Origin: an uncultured delta proteobacterium
Lineage (GTDB): Bacteria > Myxococcota_A > Polyangia > Polyangiales > Polyangiaceae
Length of the DNA stretch: 64,000 bases
Assembly: GCA_963782055.1 (NCBI GenBank)
Contig: CAWAIF010000003.1
Coordinates: 4,544,001 to 4,608,000 of the forward strand
Reading direction: 5' to 3'
This document shows, piece by piece, positions 1-10,000 of this stretch (the first letter of the stretch is position 1; every line of letters starts with the position of its first letter). A program made the translations under genes and the position numbers. The notes under the pieces were generated by a model. That model was not told the DNA's origin. It was given only the letters and a program-made list of their open reading frames with translations, and made no database searches.

Positions 1-2
1 TC

Positions 3-665
3 GCCGCGGACGGCAGGCCGCTCGGCGAGGACTGGGCGCTCAAGCCCACCTCCCTCGACCTCACCACCCCGGCGGGCGCCGCCGGCCCGTGGCTGATGGA
101 CGGCAAGCACGAGACCGGGGTCACCACCGTCAGCGTGAGCTTCAACCAGGCGCACCAGCAGTCCTTCGGACTCGACGTGCGCACCGCCAACGGCCAGACC
201 GACATCGACCTGCGCGCGGCGCGCGCCACGCTGGAGGACCTCGGCCTCAAGCCGGTCGAGATTGGCGGCGATCCCACCGATCAGGTGAAGGTGGACGCCG
301 CGGCGCACGTCACGCTCAAGGCCGACACGGTGCAGGGCAACGCCAATCTCACGGTGGACGGCATGCGCGCACCGAAGGGCCCGCCCGGCCAGCTCGTTTT
401 GAAGGGCAGCTTCGGCGGTCCGCGCGGGCGCTCCCTCGAGATCAAAAGCGGGCGCATCGCGCTCGGCGCGCAGGAGGCGAGCCTGGGCGGCACCGTGATG
501 GTCTACCCCGACGGCTTCTCGCTCAAGCTGGCGGCGCTCGTGCCCGCGCGCTGCGACGCCGGCGTCGTCAGCATGTCCGTCGCCACCGCGCTCGACTCGC
601 GCGATCTCGGCGCGGCCACGCTGGAGCTCTCGCCGCGCGGCTGCACGCCCGGCAAGCACAAGTGA
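3..665 (+). CDS. Hypothetical beta-rich protein, C-terminal part (5' truncated by window edge)
   Basis: The frame of ORF 96..665 is open from base 3 (AADGRPLGEDWALKPTSLDL...), has GC3-rich codons and ends at TGA 663-665. Confidence 0.65.
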   Translation, partial: AADGRPLGEDWALKPTSLDLTTPAGAAGPWLMDGKHETGVTTVSVSFNQAHQQSFGLDVRTANGQTDIDLRAARATLEDLGLKPVEIGGDPTDQVKVDAAAHVTLKADTVQGNANLTVDGMRAPKGPPGQLVLKGSFGGPRGRSLEIKSGRIALGAQEASLGGTVMVYPDGFSLKLAALVPARCDAGVVSMSVATALDSRDLGAATLELSPRGCTPGKHK

Positions 666-678
666 GCGGCCCGCGCGC

Positions 679-2211
679 TCAGCCGCTGCCGAAGAGTCGC
701 TTTGGCAGCGCCCCGAGGAGCGTGAAGATGGCGCCGATCTTCCCGAAGATGGAGGTCGACCCGCTCCGCAGCTTCGCGAAGGCGAAGGCGATGGTCCGCA
801 GCGTCGGCGTGTAGGGGTACCACCACACCTCCCGCTTGCCGCGGTTGCGGTCGACGAGCACGAAGCGCGGGCGGGTGAGCGCCTCCAGCGCGAAGGGCGA
901 GTTGGTCACCCCGTAGCCCGTCTCCCCGAAGCCGCTCCAGGGCGCCTGCGGCAGCGCACCGGTGAAGGCGTGGTTGTTGACCGTCACCACGCCCGCGCGG
1001 AGCTTGTGCGCGATCTCCTCCCCGCGCCGCACCTTCTTGGTCCACACGCTGGCGGTCAGGCCGTACTTCGAGTCGTTGGCGAGGCGCACCGCCTCGTCGG
1101 CGTCCTTCACCACGCGCAGCGGGAGCACCGGCCCGAAGGTCTCCTCGCGAAGCAGGGGGAGATCGTCCGATTCCACGCGCAGCACCGTCGGGGCGAAGCC
1201 GTAGCCGTCCTCCAGCGCCTCGCCACCGGCGAGCAGCTTGGTGCCCTCCGCCGCCTTCGCGCTCGCCACGTGATCGGCGACGATCCCTCGCTGCGCCTCC
1301 GTCGCGAGCGGCCCCACGTCCTCGAAGGTGCGCAGCCCCTTCACCACCTCCGTCACCTTAGCCGCGAAGGCGTCGGCGATGGCCTTCTCCACGTAGACGC
1401 GCTCGATGGCCGCGCAGTTCTGCCCGGAGTTGGCGAGGCCGCCCCACACGACGCCGTTGGCGGCGCGGTCCAGGTCGGCGTCGGCGAGCACGATGGCGGC
1501 GTCCTTGCCGCCCAGCTCCAGCGAGCACGGGATGAGCCGCTCCGCGCACGCCGCCGCGACCTTCTTGCCGGAGCGCACGCTCCCGGTGAAGACCACCAGG
1601 TCCACGTCCGAGGCGCAGAGCGCCGCGCCGGCGTCCCCGCCGCCCTGCACCACCGTGAAGACGCCCGGGGGCAGGAGGCCCTCGAAGAGAGCGCCGATCG
1701 CGGCGCCCGCGCGCGGGGACACCTCGCTCGGCTTGAAGAGGACCGCGTTGCCCGCGAGCAGCGCCGGCACGATGGTGCGCAGCGGCAGCGCCACCGGGAA
1801 GTTCCACGGCATGATCACCACGACGACGCCTCGCGCGTCGCGGTAGATGGTGCCCGACTTGCTCGGGTACGAGAGCGGGTCGATGTCCACCACCTGCGGC
1901 TCGAGCATCTCCTCGATCGACTTGCTCCAGTAGTCCACCACGTCCGCCGACGGGAGCACCTCGGCGAGCACCGCCTCCGTCTCCGGCTTGCCAATCTCGC
2001 GGTGCAAGAGTTGCCCGATGGCCTCTGCGCGGTCCAGCACCCGGTCCTTCACCGGGGCGATCGCCTTGACCCGCTCGTGCGGGGACCTCGCGGCCCAGGC
2101 GGTCTGCGCCTCCCGCGCCTTGTTCACCAGGGCGGGCAGCTCGTCCAGCGGGGTGCTCTCGATGGCATCCAGGGAGGACAGGTCCAGCGGGCTCTTGTCG
2201 GCCAGGTTCAT
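679..2211 (-). CDS. Aldehyde dehydrogenase family protein
   Basis: Motifs PWNFP, KPSE, FTGS, LELGGKD, NSGQNC (catalytic Cys), EETFGP and YGL, plus a C-terminal WWYPY extension. Start placed at ATG 2211, which has TATGCT 9 nt upstream. Confidence 0.95.
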   Translation of the reverse strand: MNLADKSPLDLSSLDAIESTPLDELPALVNKAREAQTAWAARSPHERVKAIAPVKDRVLDRAEAIGQLLHREIGKPETEAVLAEVLPSADVVDYWSKSIEEMLEPQVVDIDPLSYPSKSGTIYRDARGVVVVIMPWNFPVALPLRTIVPALLAGNAVLFKPSEVSPRAGAAIGALFEGLLPPGVFTVVQGGGDAGAALCASDVDLVVFTGSVRSGKKVAAACAERLIPCSLELGGKDAAIVLADADLDRAANGVVWGGLANSGQNCAAIERVYVEKAIADAFAAKVTEVVKGLRTFEDVGPLATEAQRGIVADHVASAKAAEGTKLLAGGEALEDGYGFAPTVLRVESDDLPLLREETFGPVLPLRVVKDADEAVRLANDSKYGLTASVWTKKVRRGEEIAHKLRAGVVTVNNHAFTGALPQAPWSGFGETGYGVTNSPFALEALTRPRFVLVDRNRGKREVWWYPYTPTLRTIAFAFAKLRSGSTSIFGKIGAIFTLLGALPKRLFGSG

Positions 2212-2255
2212 CGGGCGGGGAGCATACACGAGCCGGAACGCGCTAGCCTGCGCGC

Positions 2256-2747
2256 GTGCGCCCCAAAAAGCCCACCGGCCTGCAGCTCGTGGTCGCCTAC
2301 AAGGTGATCAAGGCGGTGCTCCAGGCGCTGCTCGCCGCCGGCCTGCTGGTGGTGGTGTGCACCGGCCACACGACCCGGCTGCTGTACTTCGCCGAGCTGC
2401 TGCGCCGCAACTTCGCCGGCGAGTGGAGCGTACGCCTCGCCGACTTGCTGGTGACGGCGACCACCCCGCGTCACCTGGTGGTGATCGTCGTCGCCCTGGC
2501 GCTGGACGCCGTGGCGTCCGTCTTCGAGGGCTTCGCGCTCGTCCGCGGGTGGTGGTGGGCGCCGTGGCTGGTCGTGATCGCCACCTCCTCCTTGCTGCCC
2601 TTCGAGCTGGTGGCGCTCTTCCGGCACGTGCGGCTCGGGCGGCTGCTGATCCTCGCGGTGAACGTGGCGATCGTGCTGTACCTGGGGCGGCGCGCGCTCC
2701 GGGAGCACGAGAGGAGGAAGGAGCAGCAGGCGACGGCGGACTCCTAG
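2256..2747 (+). CDS. DUF2127-like inner membrane protein
   Basis: Four hydrophobic segments; GLQLVVAYKVIK...EGFAL...WAPWLVVIATSSLLPFEL...VNVAIVLYL pattern. Confidence 0.8.
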   Translation: MRPKKPTGLQLVVAYKVIKAVLQALLAAGLLVVVCTGHTTRLLYFAELLRRNFAGEWSVRLADLLVTATTPRHLVVIVVALALDAVASVFEGFALVRGWWWAPWLVVIATSSLLPFELVALFRHVRLGRLLILAVNVAIVLYLGRRALREHERRKEQQATADS

Positions 2748-2776
2748 GCGCGCCGGTCGACCGGCACACCGGACTG

Positions 2777-3943
2777 CTAGCTGCGCAGCAGCCAGTGCCG
2801 CTCGGCCGACGGCACGTGCCGCGGGTCGCCCCAGCGGGTCAGCGGCAGCACGGCGCGCAGCATCGCCACCGCGCCGGAGAGGACGGCCGGGGACGACGTG
2901 CCGGGGGGCCGGCGCGCGAAGGCGGAGCGCCGGGGCAGCTGCCCGAGCAGCGGGTGTCGCAGGACGGCCCGGCGGTACCCCTCGAAGCCGAAGCGCCGGC
3001 GCGCGAACGCGTCCGCGACGGCGTCGGCCACCACCTCGCCGTACGCGAGCGCGAAGGAGATGCCCTCCCCGAACATCGCGTCGACGCCCGCCGCGTCCCC
3101 GGCCAGGAGCACGCGGTGTGCGCCGAGCGGACCGTCCGGGTCGAAGACGCGGATGGGGTGCCCCTTCAGCTCGAGCGCGTCGAGCTCGTAGCCTCGCCCC
3201 TTCACGTCGCGCGCGAGCACCCGCGGCAACGAGGCGCGCGGTCCGCCGGAGAGGTTGCAGTCGTAGACGCCGCGGCTCACCAGCGGCTCCCCGGCGACGC
3301 GTGTCGGGAAGACCCACGAGTAGCCGTGGACGCCGTCCCTGCGGGCGTCGAGATCGAAGACCGCGACGCCGTCCTCGAAGAGCGCCATCTCGTCCTGCGC
3401 GGGCGGCGTCATCACCTCGAGCAGCCGCGCGAGGTGACCCGCGTCGCGCAGCCGGAGCAATCGCCGCACCATGCTCTTCGAGCCGTCGGCCCCGACCACC
3501 ACCTGGGCACGAAAGACGGCGCGATCGGTGCGGACCTCGACCCAGTCGTCGTGCGGCGTGATCGCCGTCACGCGCTCGCCCTCGCGCACCCGCACGCCGG
3601 CGGCCTTCGCGCGCCCCAGCAGCCAGTGATCGAACTCGTCGCGGCGGGCGATGCGCAGCACCGGGTCGCCACGGAACCGGGCCACCTGGCCGCCGAAGCG
3701 GAGCTGCACCTCGCGGATGGCGAGGTGCGCGGGCTCGAAGGACAGGCCCATCCGCGAAAGGACGCGCTCGCCGAGGTGCGTCACCGCGCCGCCGCACAGC
3801 TTCTCCCGGGGGTGTACCGCCGCGTCGATCACCACGACGCGACGCGCCCAGGTCGGGTCGCGCCGGGCGAGGTTGAGCGCGGAGGACGACCCCGCGGGGC
3901 CCGCGCCCACGATGAGGACGTCCACGTGCTCGGGCGCGGTCAT
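2777..3943 (-). CDS. Geranylgeranyl reductase-family FAD-dependent oxidoreductase
   Basis: Starts MTAPEHVDVLIVGAGPAG; REKLCGG, VVGADG, YSWVFP and LAGDAAG..GEGISFA motifs. The ATG overlaps the upstream stop (ATGA). The 870-aa ORF-track extension upstream is not part of the gene. Confidence 0.9.
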   Translation of the reverse strand: MTAPEHVDVLIVGAGPAGSSSALNLARRDPTWARRVVVIDAAVHPREKLCGGAVTHLGERVLSRMGLSFEPAHLAIREVQLRFGGQVARFRGDPVLRIARRDEFDHWLLGRAKAAGVRVREGERVTAITPHDDWVEVRTDRAVFRAQVVVGADGSKSMVRRLLRLRDAGHLARLLEVMTPPAQDEMALFEDGVAVFDLDARRDGVHGYSWVFPTRVAGEPLVSRGVYDCNLSGGPRASLPRVLARDVKGRGYELDALELKGHPIRVFDPDGPLGAHRVLLAGDAAGVDAMFGEGISFALAYGEVVADAVADAFARRRFGFEGYRRAVLRHPLLGQLPRRSAFARRPPGTSSPAVLSGAVAMLRAVLPLTRWGDPRHVPSAERHWLLRS

Positions 3944-5532
3944 CGCGACGCCACCAGGAGCGCGGCCTGCTGCCCGGTGCGGACCGCCGACTCCATGCTG
4001 GCGGTCGGCTGTGTGGACTTCAGCCAGTCGCCCGCCAGCACCAGGTTCTCGTACGGGCACTCGCGCGCGTCCGGGCGGAACTTCCAGTGCCCGGGCTCCA
4101 TCAGCAGGTAGCGGAGGTGGTTCGGCGCGTTCCGCCGCAGCTCGCACGCCCATCCGTTGCGCTTGCCCAGCGCGTCGGCGATCCACTCGGTCCGCATCAG
4201 CGAGAACGGGAGCGAGGCGAACTGCTCGAGGATCAGTCGCTTGAGCTCCGCGTTCGACATCGCGCCGTGCAGCCCCTCCTGTCCCTCGAACTCGACGACG
4301 CTGGCCCACGGACCGTCTCGCAGCTCGTCGATCCGGTTGGCGTAGTCGATGACGGTCGCCGCCGGCTGCGGCGTGCCCATCACCACGGTGGTGAGGTCGG
4401 GCGGGAGCAGCTTCCTGGGGCTCCACACGCGCATGGAGATCGACGCCACGGTGCGGAGCTGCCACATGTTCCGGAAGAAGGCGTGCTCGAACACCGCGCG
4501 CTCGAAGTCCGGCGTGGCGCGCAGGAGTGCGCGGGTGGAGTCGACCGGGAGCGTGGACACCACGACGTCGAAGTCCTGGCCCCGCCGCCGCACCTGCGTG
4601 TCCGATCGCTGCGAGACCGGCTCGCCGGCGGCCGAGGACGGCACCCCGTCCTGGGGAGCCTCGTCGGGGTCGCCGTCGACGAGACGCAGGTGCTGGTGCG
4701 CCGGCTCGACGCGCCCCATCGGGGCCAGCTCGACCGACGTCACCAGGCGCCCCGCCGCGTCCAGGCCGAGCGCCACCGCCTTGCGACCGAGCTCGATCCG
4801 GCCGCCGAGCTCCCTGAAGCGGCGCTCGAGCGGGTCGATGATGACCTCCGAGAGGCCGCCGTTGAGGTAGAGCACCTCGGAGGCGTCGTAGCCGAGGAGC
4901 TTGCGGAAGCCGTACGCACCCACGTACGCGCTGCCCTGCTGCGGGTAGTTGAAGGCGAGGTCCAGCACGTAGCGGAACCACGCCTTCTGCGTGAGGCCCA
5001 GCGAGAGTCCGTGCGCCAGACAGAACTCGGTGAAGGAGTACTCGTCGATCCCCGGGTCGATGTCCTCGGGGGCGTGGCGCGCGAAGTACGCCCCCATGCG
5101 CGCGCCGAAGCGGGCCAGATCGATCTTCTCCCGCGCCGTCATGCCCTGGTAGGGCGACGCGAGATTGGCCAGCAGCGCGCCGACGTCGAAGGGCCCCCTG
5201 GGGATGCGTATGCGGTTCAGCGCGCGCGCCGACGGCTCGTACATCAGGTGCTCGCCGCCGTTCGAGGTGAAGTAGCGCGCGTCGGTGGTGGGTCGCCCCG
5301 CCCGCGCGAGCAGCGCCCGCAGCGCGGTGTAGTAGCCGAAGATCGCGTGGAACCCGGTCTCCATGAGCCGGCCGTCGGCGTGGCGCCACGAGGCGGCCTT
5401 CCCGCCGAGGTGGTGCTCCATGCAGACGAGCGTCACCTCGTGGCGCTCCCCGCCGCCGTCCTCCAGGAGTTCGATGCCCGCCGTCAACGCGGAGAGCCCA
5501 CCCCCGAGGATGAGGACCTTGCGCCGGGCCAT
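3940..5532 (-). CDS. FAD-dependent oxidoreductase, phytoene/zeta-carotene desaturase (CrtP/CrtQ)- or HpnE-like
   Basis: KVLILGGGLSALTAG Rossmann motif, LGGKAASW, ETGFHAIFGYY (compare PDS ETGLHIFFGAY), LAGDW...ASMESAVRTG. TGATG overlap with the upstream gene. Confidence 0.85.
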   Translation of the reverse strand: MARRKVLILGGGLSALTAGIELLEDGGGERHEVTLVCMEHHLGGKAASWRHADGRLMETGFHAIFGYYTALRALLARAGRPTTDARYFTSNGGEHLMYEPSARALNRIRIPRGPFDVGALLANLASPYQGMTAREKIDLARFGARMGAYFARHAPEDIDPGIDEYSFTEFCLAHGLSLGLTQKAWFRYVLDLAFNYPQQGSAYVGAYGFRKLLGYDASEVLYLNGGLSEVIIDPLERRFRELGGRIELGRKAVALGLDAAGRLVTSVELAPMGRVEPAHQHLRLVDGDPDEAPQDGVPSSAAGEPVSQRSDTQVRRRGQDFDVVVSTLPVDSTRALLRATPDFERAVFEHAFFRNMWQLRTVASISMRVWSPRKLLPPDLTTVVMGTPQPAATVIDYANRIDELRDGPWASVVEFEGQEGLHGAMSNAELKRLILEQFASLPFSLMRTEWIADALGKRNGWACELRRNAPNHLRYLLMEPGHWKFRPDARECPYENLVLAGDWLKSTQPTASMESAVRTGQQAALLVASR

Positions 5533-6956
5533 CACGCGCGCTTCGGGTTGAGCTTCACCGCGAGCCGCGTCTCCCCGCGCAGCACGTGGTCCGAGGAGTG
5601 CGCCTGCACCAGCACCTCGCACCGCTCGCTCGCGCCGCCCTCGTGCGGGAAACAGAAGACCGAGATCCCCAGGTCATCGGCGGCCGCGATCGTCCGGCCG
5701 TCCTCTCCGACGACGCGGACCTGGTAGCGCAGCTCCACCGCAGGATCCCAGTTGCGCACCCTCCAGCGCAGCACCACCACGGTGTGCCCGCCTTCGTGAC
5801 GGACGATGGGCTCCTCGACCGACACGCGCGGGGGCGCGTAGCGCTTCAAGAGCTCGGCGAAGCCGTCGCCCTGGACCGCGACGCCCTCGATCCGCCCGCG
5901 CACCTCGCACGTGCCCTCCCAGAACGCGCCCCACTGGTCCGCGAGCGGCGCGAGGCGGCGGAGAAACGCCCACGGCGAGTCCTCGGGGAGGAGCCACCCG
6001 ATGGGTGTCATCTGGTCAGGATGACGCGGGCGGATGACGAGGTCGCAGTCCCACTCCGGGGCGATCAGCCGCCACCCGGCGGAGTACACCGCGCCGGTGG
6101 TGGGGTCGCGGTGGAAGCCGGTGCGCTGCAGCCGGTGGCTACCCACGAGGCGGCCGGTGGTCCCGTCGGCGCGCAGCAGACCCGCGCCTCCGTAGGCGTC
6201 GCGCCCGGGGAGCTGCCCGTCGGGTGTCCACACGCTCGTCAGGATCACGTCGCTGCCGTTCGAGAGCTGCAGGGAGAACCACTCGTACTGCTCGAAGAGC
6301 CGGGGGTTGCGAAAGGGGGTGACGAAGAACGGGCCCCACTGGTGATCCAGCCAGGCGCTGCCCTGGACGGCGAGCGCTCGCGGCTGGCGCCCCCCGAGCG
6401 TCACGGTGCCGGACGCGGTCATCCGCGTCAGCGAGTAATAGAAGAACCAGCCGTCGTCGGAGAACGGCAAGAAACCCGGGTTGCCCGCGTGGTACGGCGC
6501 CTTCGTCGGGTGCAGCTCGAGGTCGAGGCGGAAGCCCGGACCGACGGCCTCGAGCCGGCTGGAGTGCGGCTCGCCGGTGCTCGTCCAGCGGTCTCTCCCG
6601 TGCGGGTGGCGGAGCGAGAGATCGTGGCGCTCCGCGCTCGCGCTCAGCAGGCCGAAGGTGGTCCCGGTGTGCTCTTCGATGAGACGCCACTGCGGATCGA
6701 AGCGCCGGACCGTCGCCAGCCTCAGGCCCTGGGTGAAGTACGCGACGAAGACGACCACGTGGTTGCCTTCGTCGTCGACGAGGTGGATGTTCGTGTACAT
6801 CCACTCCATGGTGCCCAGGCTCGGGTTGGCCCAGCCGCCGGGCAGGAGCGAGTGCCACCCTTCGTCGCGCGGGAACACGAGGGCGGTGCCTGGCTCGTGT
6901 GATCGCCCCGTCACCGGCGCCCGGTGACGGTGAACGCTCTGCATGTCGCTGACCAT
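5532..6956 (-). CDS. CrtC/AttH-like lipocalin-fold protein (hydratase-like) with C-terminal Ig/FN3-like extension
   Basis: FPRDEGWH, EWMY, YYSLTRM, GSAWLDHQWG, YEWFSLQL, FWEG and GFAEL motifs typical of the CrtC/AttH family. Confidence 0.85.
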   Translation of the reverse strand: MVSDMQSVHRHRAPVTGRSHEPGTALVFPRDEGWHSLLPGGWANPSLGTMEWMYTNIHLVDDEGNHVVVFVAYFTQGLRLATVRRFDPQWRLIEEHTGTTFGLLSASAERHDLSLRHPHGRDRWTSTGEPHSSRLEAVGPGFRLDLELHPTKAPYHAGNPGFLPFSDDGWFFYYSLTRMTASGTVTLGGRQPRALAVQGSAWLDHQWGPFFVTPFRNPRLFEQYEWFSLQLSNGSDVILTSVWTPDGQLPGRDAYGGAGLLRADGTTGRLVGSHRLQRTGFHRDPTTGAVYSAGWRLIAPEWDCDLVIRPRHPDQMTPIGWLLPEDSPWAFLRRLAPLADQWGAFWEGTCEVRGRIEGVAVQGDGFAELLKRYAPPRVSVEEPIVRHEGGHTVVVLRWRVRNWDPAVELRYQVRVVGEDGRTIAAADDLGISVFCFPHEGGASERCEVLVQAHSSDHVLRGETRLAVKLNPKRA

Positions 6957-7025
6957 CGCGGCGCCACCCTACCTCCCCCATCGCGACTCGTCACGCGCGA
7001 CGGGACGTGCCACGCGCCGCGGCCG

Positions 7026-10000
7026 TCACTCCAGCGCGGTCACGTGCACCCCATCCACCGCCTCCCGCGCCAGCTCCACCACCCGCGCCTGGTGGGTGAA
7101 CACCAGCACCTGCGTGCGCGAAGCCAGCGTCGCCAGCGCCCGGAGCCCCGCGCGCGTCCGCGGGTCGTCGAAGCGGATGAACACGTCGTCCAGCACCACC
7201 GGGAGCGGCGCGCGCGAGACGGCCAGGCGCTCCAGGCTGGCGATGCGCAGCGCGAGGTAGAGCTGGTCGCGCGTGCCGTCGCTCAGCGCCGGGACGCCCA
7301 GCTCGCGGCCGTCGGCGCGGACCGCGCGCAGCACCGGCTCGTCGTCCTCGCCGAAGCCCACCGCCAGCGACCCGAAGCCGCCCAGCGTCACCGCGGCGAA
7401 GAGCTCCCCTGCCCTCTCCAGCAGCGGGCCCTGGTTGCGCTTGCGGTAGCCCTCGATCTCCCGCGCCAGGACGGCGGCGGCGAGGCGCGCACACGCCGCG
7501 CGCTCGGCGAGGTCGCGGATGCGCGCGAGCTCCTGCTGCGCCTGCATCGCCGCGCCCAGCGCGAGGGACTCGCCGGCGAGCTGGGGCAGCCCCTGCTCGT
7601 TCGCCCCGATCTCGTGGTTCTTGCGCTGCAGCTCATCCTCCAGCTCGCGGAGGCGCTCGTCGATCCGCTCCAGCCGCGCCGCGGCGTGCGCGGCGTCCTC
7701 CGGGGCGCCGTCCCCCAGCTCGCCGGCGAGCGACCGGAGCTCGCGGCTCGCCGCCTCCTCCGCCTCGCGCTGCACCGCGAGCTGCGACTCCAGCTCCTTC
7801 AGCTCGTCCTGCTTCGCGCGACGCTCCGCCTGATCGGCGACCCACTTCTTGTGCAGGGCGTTGAGCTCCTCGGCGGCGACGATCGCCGCCTTGCCGGCGA
7901 GCCCGGGCGCGCAGGCGCCAACCAGGCGAGCCACGTCCTTCTCGAAGCGGTCCGCGTCGCGGCCGATGGACTCCACGCGCCGCCGGAGCTTCTCCAGCGC
8001 GTCGACCTCCTGGAAGAGGCGGCCGAGCTCGTCGACGACGGCGGCGACCTCCTCCGGCAGCGCGTCCGGGCCGAGGCCGAGGCCCGCCGTCGCCTCCGCC
8101 CAGGACGCGCGCCAGGTGTGCACGGCGGCCTCCGCCACCTCGCGCGCCTGCCGCTTCGTCGCGAGGTCCGCCGTCACCCGGTCTTGCTCCTTCTGCGCGG
8201 CCCGGCGCTCCTGCTGCGCCTCGCGCGCGGCCTCGATCGCGTCCTCGGCGGCGACGAAGGCCTCCTCGAGCGACGCAGGCGACGAACTCAGGGCGGCGGC
8301 GAAGCGCTCGAGCGCCTCGTCGCGGGCACGGGCGGCCTCCGTCTCCTCGCGCCCGGCCGCCTCCAGCTCCGCGACGGCGATCACCAGCGACGCGTGCTTC
8401 TGTAGCCAGCCGCGCATGGCCTCCGGCGGGCCCGGCTCCACGCCGGCCGGCCGCCAGAGCACCGCCCACGCCGCCGCGCGCTCCGCCGCCTCGCGCGCCG
8501 CCGCCTCGCGACCAGCGCCCAGCACGGCCAGCTTCGCGCGTGCCTCCTTCCCCCCTTCCTCCAGCTGCACCAGCCGCATCGCGCGCGCGGCGTCGTGCCG
8601 GAGGCGGTCGGCGACGGAGTCGGCGCGCGCGATCGCGTCCGCCAGCGCGTCGAAGTCCTTCGCTCCGGACCGCACGCGGCCGAGGATCGCGTCGCGCGCG
8701 TCGCGCGCTGCGGTGAGCTCCTCCTGGCGCGGGACGTCCCCCTCCGCCCGCAGCTCCGCCAGCCCCCGGTCGACCTCGACGAGGGCCATCTCCAGGTCCT
8801 GCGCGCGCTTGCGCGCGTCCCCGTCCGCGCGGCGCGCCTCCTCGTCGCGGGCGTTCGCCTCTTGCACCGCCTCCGCCGCCGGCACGGGCCGTCGCGCCGC
8901 GGCGACCGGATCGGCGCCCAGGCCGAGCGACTCCGCGAGCGCTCGCGCCCGCGCCCGCAGCCCGGCCGTCTTCTCGCGCGCCCCGGTGACGCGCGCCGCC
9001 ACGTCGCTGCCTCGCTGCGCGCGCAGCAACCGCGAGAGCGGCCCGACGGCGGGAGCGTCCGGCGCCGTCGCGAGGGCCCGCTCCGCCGACCCGAGCTCCC
9101 GCTCCGCCGCCTGCTCCGCCTCCCGGGCGCCCGCGAGCTTCTCCTCCAGCACCGCCCCCTGCTGCGCGAGCTTGCGCGTCCGCACCTCGGCGCCGCGCGC
9201 CATCCGGAGGCGCTCCGCCTCCTCGAGGGTCATGTCCTTTCGCACCCGCACCAGCGCCGCCGACACCTCCCCCTCCAGCCCGACGATCTCCCCCTCCAGC
9301 TTGGGCAGGTCCGCCTGCGCCTTGCGGTGGCTGCCGAGCTGCTCGGCGAGCGCGGCGAGCTGCGGCTCGTGCGCGAGCATCGCCTCCGAGACCACGATGG
9401 CTTCGACCGCGTCGCGCAGGGCCACGCGCCGGGCATCCAGACGGGCGCGCTGCTCGCCGACGGTCTCCAGGCGTTCCCGCGCCGCCCGCCACCGCGCGAG
9501 GCGATCGCGCTCCCTGTCCAGCGCCGCCCGCTCGCGCGTCAGCTCCTCCCGCTCGGCGCGTGCTCGTCGCACGCCCTCCACCTGCGTGTTGTACGTCTCC
9601 ACCGCCGTTCCCAGCGCGATCACGCGCTTCTTCGCCTCGGCGAGCGCCTTGATCGCCTGGTTGAGCGGGCGCGTGTGCGCGCGGGGCGAGAAGAGCTCCT
9701 CCGCCTCCCGCCGCTTCTCCACCAGCAGGGCGTGCAGCTCGGTGGCGCCGGTCGCCGCGGCGTAGAGGCTCTCGCCCAGGTCGCCCTTGCCCTCGAGGAG
9801 CGCCTCCGCGCCGCGGCGCAGCCGCTCGTCGTCCAGGCCGAAGGTGGTCTCGTACATCGCGCGAGTCACGCCGCCGAGCATGCGCTCGAGAGGCGCGGGG
9901 TCCAGCGGCTGGTCGGAGGGCGTGAGCAGGGTGTTCTTGCGGCCCTTGCGCCGCACCACCTCCAGCGCCTCGCCCGTCTCGTCCTGGAGCAGCGCGCCGA

